DNA of 64,000 bases, taken from the sequence record MN342150; one strand, written 5' to 3'. The number at the start of each line of letters is the position of its first letter. Position 1 is the stretch's first letter. Positions 47,780 through 55,620 of this stretch are shown here, one piece after another. The stretch is from Escherichia phage vB_EcoM_3HA11. The notes under the pieces were generated by a model. It saw only the letters and a list, made by a program, of their open reading frames with translations. It did no database searches and had not been told where the DNA came from. Position numbers and translations under genes: made by a program.

Positions 47780-48238
47780 TTATTTCCCATCCCAAAAGTC
47801 GTCTTCATCGTCTACTTCATCAAACGCAGAATCCAATTCTTCGTCAGAGTACTCTGGAAGGCGACCATTCTGTTTCAGATATTCAATCTCGTCATCTTCC
47901 AATTGAAGATCCGTTGCTATAAACAGTGCTCCGGTCTCTTCATCATGTTCAATGCTATAAGACGTATATTCAGAACCCTGAACTGTAATGATGATAGATG
48001 TTGGATCTTCTGGATCCACGTGAGCTTCAAACGGGATACCGTCAATTGGGGCGTCTTCTAAGAACGTTGCAAGGGCTACGGCAGCGCGGACAACATCCGT
48101 GCCCTGTACCGATGCATAAATTTCTTCTGCACCCGTTTCCCCGCGCTCAAAGAATTCAATCGTAGTTCCGTCTTGAACCCCAGTCCAGATAGGCATATCT
48201 GCTGGTGTATCGGCTTCAAATAATTTTGAAATTGGCAT
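47780..48238 (-). CDS. highly acidic protein (152 aa), candidate DNA mimic
   Basis: About a quarter of residues are Asp/Glu with few Lys/Arg; C-terminal DEVDDEDDFWDG; last gene of the operon before a terminator. Confidence 0.45.
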   Translation of the reverse strand: MPISKLFEADTPADMPIWTGVQDGTTIEFFERGETGAEEIYASVQGTDVVRAAVALATFLEDAPIDGIPFEAHVDPEDPTSIIITVQGSEYTSYSIEHDEETGALFIATDLQLEDDEIEYLKQNGRLPEYSDEELDSAFDEVDDEDDFWDGK

Positions 48239-48273
48239 GTTCGTTTCCTCTATGGATAAACCTTATGGGATAT

Positions 48274-48723
48274 TTAGGCTTCTCTCTTCGCCAGCCCTGG
48301 TTTAAACACGACCATTTCTTCAACGTTATTAGCGCTCATAGAGGCTATGGAATCGAATCCTTTATTGATAAGTTCCTTCACATTATCGTGAATCTTACCA
48401 GGTTCTATCCCCAACTCACGCATTTTGTTTTCCCAAACAGAAACGTTATTAGAATCTATCACCAGAGTCTTCTTGGCCTTAACACGAAATGCCATGACAA
48501 CAGGTTCACCAGATTGACGATAGCGAACGGCGTTTTCCGCGTAGATCTGCGCTTTTTCTGGATCCCCTGTCAGGTAAAATCCAGCACCCATCGTACCTGA
48601 GTCAGTCTGGCCAAATTTTTCAAAGTCAAAGACGTCGAATTCAACATTCGACCCATGATATAAAACAATATCCGTAAAATCGGGCAATGTTGATTCACGA
48701 TAGAATTCTAGGAAGGTTTTCAT
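48274..48723 (-). CDS. hypothetical protein (149 aa) with HGS motif (speculative ADP-ribosyltransferase-fold)
   Basis: LYHGSN near the N-terminus, then aromatic-rich GAGFYLTGD and a later Glu; pattern-level resemblance only. Confidence 0.4.
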   Translation of the reverse strand: MKTFLEFYRESTLPDFTDIVLYHGSNVEFDVFDFEKFGQTDSGTMGAGFYLTGDPEKAQIYAENAVRYRQSGEPVVMAFRVKAKKTLVIDSNNVSVWENKMRELGIEPGKIHDNVKELINKGFDSIASMSANNVEEMVVFKPGLAKREA

Positions 48724-48762
48724 AGATACCCCACACTTGCTGTATGGGGTATTTAGGAGGGA

Positions 48763-50037
48763 TCAATCAGGGGTAAACTCGTTCACAGGAACTTGTTCCG
48801 GCATAGACAATTCGGGGCATGCTGCCTTCATTGGCTCAATATACGGCTTGCTACCAACAATCCAGAACAGAGCGTTTTCGTTGAGCAGTTCTGGCTTATG
48901 CTGTTGGATCCAGGTCATGACCTTGCCTTCATAGCGAGGATGCAGCTCAATATCACCCCACTGATAATCCATCAGGTCATTATAGCGAACCCAATTCGTT
49001 GTATGCAAATCCCAATGGTGTACTGCAAAGCGTGGGAGCGTTATCTCCGACTCTCCCTTCTCGCGGATACCCATCAGGAGGCCAGCCAGCGAAACGCTCT
49101 TAGAGGCATGCTGAAGATCCTTCTTGCCGTACACATAATCTGGGTTGTCGTGATAGCAACGAGTGAAATCCGTTATGTGCGGAAGATTAGCTTGTTTTCC
49201 AATAATACGCAAACGGCTTTCAATAAAGTCCAGACGGTTGGGACCAATCCCGATCAGATATACATTTTTCAGATTCGGTTTCGGGTGCATTGCCAGCCCT
49301 GTCAAAATGCTGGTACAAGAATTACATGAACCAGCAGGAATGATCAGATCTGTGATATGGTCCGGAATGTTAGCAACCTGCTCGCCGCCCAGCATATGAA
49401 ATCCTGCAATCCTCTCCGGAGAATGCAACGTATGATCCAGAGTGATCCCATACTCTAGATAATATGCTTTTGGATTCTGCTGCTCAATCAATTTCTTGCA
49501 GCGCGGCTGGATAGTGCTGTTGTAACCCGAACCGACAAAGTTGAATTCGCTGCCGAACCAGGCGCTCATCTTCACCATGTCATGGTTCATACACGTGGTG
49601 GGTTTGGTAGCGCCCAGGACTGTAGTTGTCTTGCCGCCGAAATGCCGTGAGACTGCTGTCGCCATAGGGGACTGCGGACTACCAACGACAGTACCATGGA
49701 TAAGGTCTGGGGAGCCTCCGGCCTTTAAATGCTCAACCATCAGCCAGATGGCCTGACGCAATTTACTACCATTGATCCCCTGCTTACCATTCATATAACA
49801 AGACAGCGGCGCGAAGTAATCTTCACGTTTGAACCAGACCTGCTGATTAGTTTCAGGGTTGGCAACGAGTTCGCATGGGGTGTGCTTATAGAGATAGTCT
49901 TCCCAATGGATATGGTCTCTGTTAAGGGAAAGAACATTAAAGATAGTTTTGTATGGACCTTTCCCAATATGATGCATCGGGATATATGGGGAAAGCGGTT
50001 GGCTGGGAAAAGATTTTGGATCAATTGGTTCGTTCAT
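48763..50037 (-). CDS. PLP-dependent enzyme, fold type II (ACC deaminase / D-cysteine desulfhydrase-like)
   Basis: 424 aa; FKREDYF...NGSKLRQAIWL resembles the KRED...GGNKxRK PLP-lysine region of that family. Confidence 0.45.
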   Translation of the reverse strand: MNEPIDPKSFPSQPLSPYIPMHHIGKGPYKTIFNVLSLNRDHIHWEDYLYKHTPCELVANPETNQQVWFKREDYFAPLSCYMNGKQGINGSKLRQAIWLMVEHLKAGGSPDLIHGTVVGSPQSPMATAVSRHFGGKTTTVLGATKPTTCMNHDMVKMSAWFGSEFNFVGSGYNSTIQPRCKKLIEQQNPKAYYLEYGITLDHTLHSPERIAGFHMLGGEQVANIPDHITDLIIPAGSCNSCTSILTGLAMHPKPNLKNVYLIGIGPNRLDFIESRLRIIGKQANLPHITDFTRCYHDNPDYVYGKKDLQHASKSVSLAGLLMGIREKGESEITLPRFAVHHWDLHTTNWVRYNDLMDYQWGDIELHPRYEGKVMTWIQQHKPELLNENALFWIVGSKPYIEPMKAACPELSMPEQVPVNEFTPD

Positions 50038-50106
50038 TCTATTTCTCCTGTAGACATTGGCTTATCATAGCGTATCTACAGGAGTATAGAAAAGGAGAAT
50101 CTCGGG

Positions 50107-50790
50107 TTACTTGGTCAGAAAATCCATCAGGCGGCGGAAAAACGATTTGTGTGAGTCACTCACCTTCGGAGGATACTGAAGGATGGGTGGAAGTTCAGGA
50201 TCCACACCAACAGGCGCTCCCTGATCGTTCAGAACACGACTGGCTGGTGGAGTCGGTGGAGTCGGCTTCAAAGATTTGATCGCCTGATTCAGATCGGAAT
50301 TGTCCACAACACTCGCTTCTTCAGCCACAGAAACACACGGCTTGATTAAAACAGATTTCTTAGACTGCTCATACTGATGAGCGATATCTAGATATTTCTT
50401 GCGCTCAGCGTAGAAATCGACGTTCTTAACTTTACGGCGGCGAGCAGTAGAACTCTCTTCACCATAAAAGTCATATCCATTTTTGAACATCCAATTCACT
50501 GCTTGCTCAAATGAATTGAATACCATATACAGGCCGCGCCGCCCGTTGACCATATCGTCTTCGCTGGAATAACCGATGAACACCGCTTGGCCTTTCTTGT
50601 TCAGATCAAATGGGGTGCAGACGCCCGTATCATCTAGGGAACGCGGTGCGAGGTGCCCGTCTCTGTAAATGTAAGCCGGATACAAGAACTCATTCAGAGT
50701 GCGCTTGTTGCCTTTATATGTGTACAGACGAGCAAATGGAGGCAGATCACAAACAACATCATTGTAATCCCAAATTGTTACATTGCGCAT
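50107..50790 (-). CDS. hypothetical protein (227 aa)
   Basis: ORF; Pro-rich C-terminal segment TPPTPPAS. Confidence 0.4.
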   Translation of the reverse strand: MRNVTIWDYNDVVCDLPPFARLYTYKGNKRTLNEFLYPAYIYRDGHLAPRSLDDTGVCTPFDLNKKGQAVFIGYSSEDDMVNGRRGLYMVFNSFEQAVNWMFKNGYDFYGEESSTARRRKVKNVDFYAERKKYLDIAHQYEQSKKSVLIKPCVSVAEEASVVDNSDLNQAIKSLKPTPPTPPASRVLNDQGAPVGVDPELPPILQYPPKVSDSHKSFFRRLMDFLTK

Positions 50791-50861
50791 GGTGTTTCCT
50801 CAAATCAATGAAGGGGTTTATAAACGGTTAAATTTTAAACCCCTTATTGTCATTGAACAAA

Positions 50862-51380
50862 TCAAATGCTGGTCATATAGAGTGGGACAACCTGCTCGGC
50901 AATCAACACGACCTCAGTAATAGTGAAGTCACCGCCATAAGAGTACAGTTTGATTTGCGCCCCGTTTGTCGCCAGATTCCCATCCTTGTCAACACTGAAG
51001 AACGTAATGAAAGACAGGGTGTCCGGCGGCGGTACGCTAGCATCACGACTTCTTGATAACTGGTTCCCAAGAGAGCCAACAAAGTCAACAATCATGGTTC
51101 TGTTTGAAGTGGATCCAGACCATGAACCGACGATATTGACCTTCACCGGAAGAATAGAATCATAAGGAAACGCGTGAAATTTGTGATCTGATAATTTAAA
51201 GAACGGAGCCAAACCAGTAGGAGAAGAAGGGTTCGGAGTCTTCCCATCCAACACAGTTAACAAATCTATTCCAGTTGCCCCAGAAGTTAGAAGTTGTGAC
51301 AAACCGGAAAATCTGACTTCTGTTTTGATGCGATGGGTCTGAAGCATATTCCCCAAATAGGGAGATGTCAAAATGGCCAT
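50862..51380 (-). CDS. hypothetical beta-rich protein (172 aa), possibly structural
   Basis: Ser/Thr/Gly-rich beta-type composition. Confidence 0.4.
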   Translation of the reverse strand: MAILTSPYLGNMLQTHRIKTEVRFSGLSQLLTSGATGIDLLTVLDGKTPNPSSPTGLAPFFKLSDHKFHAFPYDSILPVKVNIVGSWSGSTSNRTMIVDFVGSLGNQLSRSRDASVPPPDTLSFITFFSVDKDGNLATNGAQIKLYSYGGDFTITEVVLIAEQVVPLYMTSI

Positions 51381-51389
51381 ACCCCCTCC

Positions 51390-51623
51390 TTAAGAAACGA
51401 TAACCGTCGCATCAGAATTAATTGCCTTAACCCATCCCACCGTCGGCGGGGTTAAAACGACCATATTTCCTTGATATATGATATGCGCGTTGTTACCCGT
51501 TGGAGTGCTGGGGTTATCACACAGATACACAGAACCGTGAGTCACTTGAAGAGTTTTCAAAGATGTGCCGTCTGAGACTTGCGTCCATGTACTTGCGTTT
51601 GGTGTGATCTTAGCAGTTGCCAT
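51390..51623 (-). CDS. hypothetical beta-rich protein (77 aa), possibly structural
   Basis: TAAATAG late-promoter-like motif upstream; beta-type composition. Confidence 0.4.
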   Translation of the reverse strand: MATAKITPNASTWTQVSDGTSLKTLQVTHGSVYLCDNPSTPTGNNAHIIYQGNMVVLTPPTVGWVKAINSDATVIVS

Positions 51624-51648
51624 AATAGACCTCCTTTACAAGTCAGAT

Positions 51649-51658
51649 CTATTTATTA
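51649..51658 (-). promoter_or_regulatory. late-promoter-like motif TAATAAATAG
   Basis: Upstream of gene 51390..51623. Confidence 0.25.
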
Positions 51659-51660
51659 CA

Positions 51661-51691
51661 GACAAAAAGAAACCCGATCATCCTGATCGGG
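51661..51691 (-). terminator. terminator downstream of the tRNA array
   Basis: Hairpin CCCGATCA-tcc-TGATCGGG followed on the minus strand by TTTCTTTTTGTC. Confidence 0.4.
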
Positions 51692-51744
51692 CTATGTTAA
51701 ACCATCGTGGGGATGGAAAGACTACTCACAGCAATTTCTGATAA

Positions 51745-51835
51745 TGGGCGTTGGGAGAGTGCGTCGGGAATCGAACCCGAAACCGTCAGGACAATGAAAA
51801 GCTATTGCATTTCACCTTGCATATCCTCCGGCTTT
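51745..51835 (-). tRNA. tRNA-like element (T-arm present, cloverleaf not resolved; possible pseudo-tRNA)
   Basis: GGGTTCGATTCCC T-arm signature on the minus strand, but no complementary 5' acceptor strand found by eye. Confidence 0.2.
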
Positions 51836-51917
51836 CTTAACTTCCTTAACCCCAGATTGTTATGAAGTCGGCATGCACACCTTCTTCATCTTCAGGAAGT
51901 CACACTCATTATTCTGA

Positions 51918-52003
51918 TTGCTTCAACTGGATTCGAACCAGTGACCTCAGGCACCTTGTTCTCTCGAAACTTTCCTGCGCTCTACCACTCGAGCTATGAA
52001 GCA
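51918..52003 (-). tRNA. tRNA-like element, 86 nt, anticodon arm non-canonical
   Basis: Perfect acceptor stem (TGCTTCA/TGAAGCA), canonical D-arm and T-arm (ACTGG-TTCGAAT-CCAGT), but 35 nt between D- and T-arms with no standard 5-bp/7-nt anticodon stem-loop. Confidence 0.35.
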
Positions 52004-52006
52004 ATT

Positions 52007-52095
52007 TGGCGGAAGGTGAAGGATTCGAACCTTCGGGGGCTAAAAGCCCCACTCGATTAGCAGTCGAGTCCCTTAAACCTCTCGGGCAACCTTCC
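52007..52095 (-). tRNA. tRNA-Ser (anticodon GCU)
   Basis: Hand-folded cloverleaf: acceptor GGAAGGT/ACCTTCC, anticodon stem CTCGA/TCGAG with loop CTGCTAA, long variable arm, T-loop TTCGAAT, encoded CCA. Confidence 0.7.
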
Positions 52096-52099
52096 AATT

Positions 52100-52183
52100 T
52101 GGAGCGGGAGAACAGGATTCGAACCTGTCCAGTGATCGTCGCCGATGATCAGTCGGCTACTGGCCAACCCCTATGGCTCCCGC
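52100..52183 (-). tRNA. tRNA-like element (anticodon loop CTGATCA, possible GAU), non-canonical junctions
   Basis: Acceptor GCGGGAG/CTCCCGC and T-arm present, but one extra nucleotide between T-stem and acceptor, no clean D-stem, pyrimidine at position 37. Confidence 0.3.
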
Positions 52184-52544
52184 GAAATTAGGACGGGCTT
52201 CACACCCGATTGAGCATTTCATCTGCCCGTTTGAAGGGCGACCAGTGCCTTCTGGTCTGTACACAGCTGGCTGCAACGCTTACCGTGTTTGGTCTACCGC
52301 TACGTGCTGGGCCACGCTCGAGGACATCGGCCATCCTTCCTCAGCTAATCCACGCAGCGGCAGATTTGTATCAGAGTGTCCGGTGTAGCTTTCCGTGAGG
52401 TGCGCACTACTGTAGCCTCTACACTCTGAATTTGGTGGGCGTTACTATCGTCGTCTTCGGATTCCGTTCTGCTATTGGACAGAGGCTTGGAGCTTGTCGG
52501 TCGCATACTTCGTGCCTATTCACTTTCGTTCACACCCGTAATTC

Positions 52545-52619
52545 TGGCGGTGCCTCAAGGACTCGAACCTTGCTATCACGGATTAACAGTCCGCCGCTTC
52601 ACCATTTAGCTAAAGCACC
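52545..52619 (-). tRNA. tRNA-Asn (anticodon GUU)
   Basis: 75 nt; acceptor GGTGCTT/AGGCACC, anticodon stem GCGGA/TCCGT with loop CTGTTAA, T-arm CAAGG-TTCGAGT-CCTTG, encoded CCA. Confidence 0.65.
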
Positions 52620-52627
52620 TGAATATT

Positions 52628-52703
52628 TGGCATGCCCTCCAGGACTCGAACCTGGGTTGTACGGTTTTGGAGACCGACCTCATAGCCGCTAGATCAAGGG
52701 CAC
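52628..52703 (-). tRNA. tRNA-Trp (anticodon CCA), weak D-stem
   Basis: 76 nt; acceptor GTGCCCT/AGGGCAT, anticodon loop CTCCAAA, T-arm CCAGG-TTCGAGT-CCTGG, encoded CCA. Confidence 0.5.
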
Positions 52704-52717
52704 ACACCTTACAACGA

Positions 52718-52742
52718 ACTATACTGTATAAAGGTTATTGAA
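52718..52742 (-). promoter_or_regulatory. promoter-like motif TTCAATAA-N11-TATAGT (minus strand) upstream of tRNA-Trp
   Basis: The -10-like hexamer ends about 15 nt before the mature tRNA-Trp 5' end. Confidence 0.35.
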
Positions 52743-52771
52743 ACAAACCTTTATTTTATTCAACCATAATA

Positions 52772-52848
52772 TGGTGATCCTGGTTGGGTTTGAACCAACG
52801 ACCAATGAATTATGAGTTCACTGCTCTAACCGACTGAGCTACAGGACC
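52772..52848 (-). tRNA. tRNA-Met (anticodon CAU; initiator/elongator/Ile-lysidine not distinguished)
   Basis: 77 nt canonical cloverleaf: acceptor GGTCCTG/CAGGATC, D-arm GCTC-AGTCGGTTA-GAGC, anticodon stem GTGAA/TTCAT with loop CTCATAA, T-loop TTCAAAC, CCA. Confidence 0.75.
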
Positions 52849-53252
52849 TTTTGATTCTTCAAATTTCTCAACACGTGTGGGTTGGATTCTAACATCTTCT
52901 TCATGTTGTCCTCCTTACTTAACAATTGTAAATTCCACAGTGCGCAATTATATTTGTTCTCATCAATATGGTCTATTTCAAACCCTTCTGGAACTGGGCC
53001 ATTAAACGCCACCCAGACAAACCAGTGTAGATATTTCCTGAGATATACACCCAGATATTCCACTTTTATTTGCAAATAGCCAGTCCCGTTGTCCACTGCA
53101 GTCAAATACTTCTCTGGCAGTTTCTGTTCATATTCCCTAAACTGGTTCTTACGGAGTATAGTCAATTCAGGCTTCTTGACCTTTCCGTAGTTGCTGACAA
53201 ATACGCAGATTCCGAGTTTATCCAAACACAACTCTTTCCAAATCTCTTCCAT
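52839..53252 (-). CDS. HNH homing endonuclease
   Basis: 137 aa; HNH motif EIDHIDENKYNCALWNLQLL; adjacent to the tRNA array; 3' end overlaps tRNA-Met by about 10 nt. Confidence 0.6.
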   Translation of the reverse strand: MEEIWKELCLDKLGICVFVSNYGKVKKPELTILRKNQFREYEQKLPEKYLTAVDNGTGYLQIKVEYLGVYLRKYLHWFVWVAFNGPVPEGFEIDHIDENKYNCALWNLQLLSKEDNMKKMLESNPHVLRNLKNQKVL

Positions 53253-53259
53253 GCCAACT

Positions 53260-55600
53260 ATTCCCCGTTATTTGTGATGTGTCCAACCAAGGTCTCTCAA
53301 CCCTTTATCCCGTTTGTGCATGATCAGTTCATGCATGCCTGTTTGTGCGCCTCACGGCAACGCGCTTCTGTGGGTCTTTGGCTTGCACCGTAGCCTCACC
53401 ACAGGCGTTTATTTTTCCAGGGCTTTCCACTTGCAAGTCTTGACCATATAGGGATACGGGCTTGCAAGATCGGGTTGGACACAACTTTGATGGCTCTAGG
53501 ACTAAAGATCCCGCGTCACCCATAGACTTGGTTTATAAAATCTAGAGCCATCAAAGTTGCAACCAATGTCGCAACTCGCACTTCAGCGTCTTCGTCTCGC
53601 TTCAGCACTTGTCCTCTACGCTCGGACCAAACGAGGCTGGCCGACAGAAACATGACACCACTCATCACTAGAGCGAGGATGTGGTTGATAGCCACGATGT
53701 TACATCTCTGTCGCAGAGTGATCACACTTGTCAGGATGATCACTGTTTTGCGAACTTGAAAATACTGCGCCTGTCTCGGGTTTCCCCTTAGTTCGGCCTC
53801 TCATTGTTCGTCTAGTCAGGGAGCTACCCTTGATGACCAGCTTATTTTGAGATCTTCGCCAGCACCCACTAGTGTCTAGAATATGTAGGTGTCGAGGTCC
53901 GCAAGGCATTGCCCTATTTCATACAACGCTCTCTCAAGTACGCAAATCGAAGTTCTCTGGGCTTAACAGGTTCGACCCAACATGTTGTATATCGCCTAAC
54001 TTACTCATGGGACGGCCACTTCTGTGTACAGACCTTGAGGGTTAAAAGATATACCCAAAGAACTTCGATTTGCGTTGTGGGGCAAACCCCCACACGGCTA
54101 CTTCTTTGACAGGGATTGCTAGCCCTGGGGATTCCACTGTTTAAGGCTTTATCCCATAACGCCCGAGGCGCGTTTTAACTTATTGAAGCTTGCATAACTG
54201 CAAACTGATGCGCTGTGAGACACATCTTTGAGGGCACTCAGTGTACAACAGGCTCCGATATTTCATAGGGCATTACTGCCTCGGATTTAAGTTGCCTTTC
54301 TCCTGAAACTCCATACAGTCTCGCGTCTGACGCGGAATGCCCTCAAAGATATGGAGCCGTTTTAGGGAGTCGAACCCAAATGCTTGGCCAGCGCTGACCT
54401 TACATCCCATCTGACTTAGGCAACCCACCTCTGCTTACTCAGGAGCTTATCCCCTTTGGACAGTCAGATATAACGGCTTTGGGATTGGAGGAAGGACTCG
54501 AACCTTCTCATGTACGCTCCTGATTTCTCAGAAGTAGTCTGCTCCCATCGACCTATTAAGTACACGCTCCGCTCATTGTTCGGCGGGAGCTTATTAATCA
54601 CACCCTCCCGCCTATTGTTAGTGCGCCGAATTTTGTTATGAGGAATCGGAAGACCTCACTGGTGTATGGCTATTAAGCTACTGCCAGGAACGTGTTATCA
54701 TTAGCGATTATTTTTGTGGTCAGTTTCTAAAAACCCGCAAAGTCACGCACAACGAAAACGAAAACCTGTTTGAGTCCTAAACCTACCTGTCTTGGTCTCA
54801 CATCGCTATGAGTGGCCAGGACTCAAACAGCTTGCCGTTCAGTGAGTTAACTATACTTTGTAACCCGTTATTGATAAAACCTTTTATTTTTGTTGACGAG
54901 GGTGTGGAATCGAACCACACTTCTGAGCGCTGCCCCGTGTCACCAATGCACCACCTCACCATCGATTTGCCGGAACTTACGCATCCGGCCTCGTCCTGTC
55001 GGTGTTCTTCTGAATCCGGGAAGATCAGCAGGAACTATGAATCAAGTTAATTCAACCAACAGGAATCCTCGTGTTGCCCTTTGACGCAACATTATGAACC
55101 CTCTATGAAGACTCATAATGTTGTCGGCGTGATGGAGATTAGCGCCCCCGACCTCCCCTTATATGTTGGTGTCGACTTGCCAACAGGGTGCTCTCTGATT
55201 CTGAGCTAATCACGCTACAACAGGGAGTTTCGTTCTCCGACGGTCAAGTGCGTCCACTGACACCAGCGAGGTGGATATTATGCCTCTATTCACACAAGCC
55301 CCAGAGACTAGGGGTTCACTGTTTTCGGTTTCAAGCCTACTCACACTGTGCTGTTTCCCTCATGTTTGATACTTTACTGCAAGCCAGCCAATTTGAAAAA
55401 TCCTCTCCCCTTTGAATTACACTGCCCACAGCAGTGCGGACGAACCTTCATTCAAAACCGGATGCGCCGAAATGGGCGACTGTGTACCGGACTGATCAGG
55501 TCGACCCAGGAGAGAGCAGGTAATCCCGATCAGGAGGATGAGGAGTAACATCATGTAAAACATAGTGTTCCCTCCCTTCCATGCAACTAACTTTACCGCA
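53260..55600. other. ORF-poor structured region with tRNA-like fragments and long-range inverted repeats (candidate ncRNA, intron or pseudo-tRNA remnants)
   Basis: No credible ORF of 60 aa or more; T-arm-like motifs at about 54366, 54496 and 54910 with acceptor-like pairings at non-tRNA spacing; inverted repeats such as 53483-53500/53551-53568, 53943-53957/54060-54074 and 54225-54234/54341-54350. Confidence 0.4.
55414..55560 (-). CDS. small hydrophobic peptide (about 48 aa; below ORF-track cutoff)
   Basis: ATG preceded by strong GGAAGGGAGGGA RBS; MFYMMLLLILLIGITC signal-like N-terminus; coordinates hand-counted. Confidence 0.3.
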
Positions 55601-55613
55601 TTTATTTATTGAA
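55590..55613 (-). promoter_or_regulatory. promoter-like motif TTCAATAA-N10-TAAAGT (minus strand, weak -10)
   Basis: Upstream of the small peptide gene 55414..55560. Confidence 0.25.
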
Positions 55614-55620
55614 TAAAGCG

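Noticed and set aside
53070-55548. Plus-strand ORFs 53070..53393, 53909..54109, 54808..55050, 54890..55084, 55188..55415 and 55348..55548, and minus ORFs 53329..53909
   Set aside because: They lie in the structured tRNA-like region, lack ribosome-binding sites and have implausible compositions; the region is treated as non-coding.
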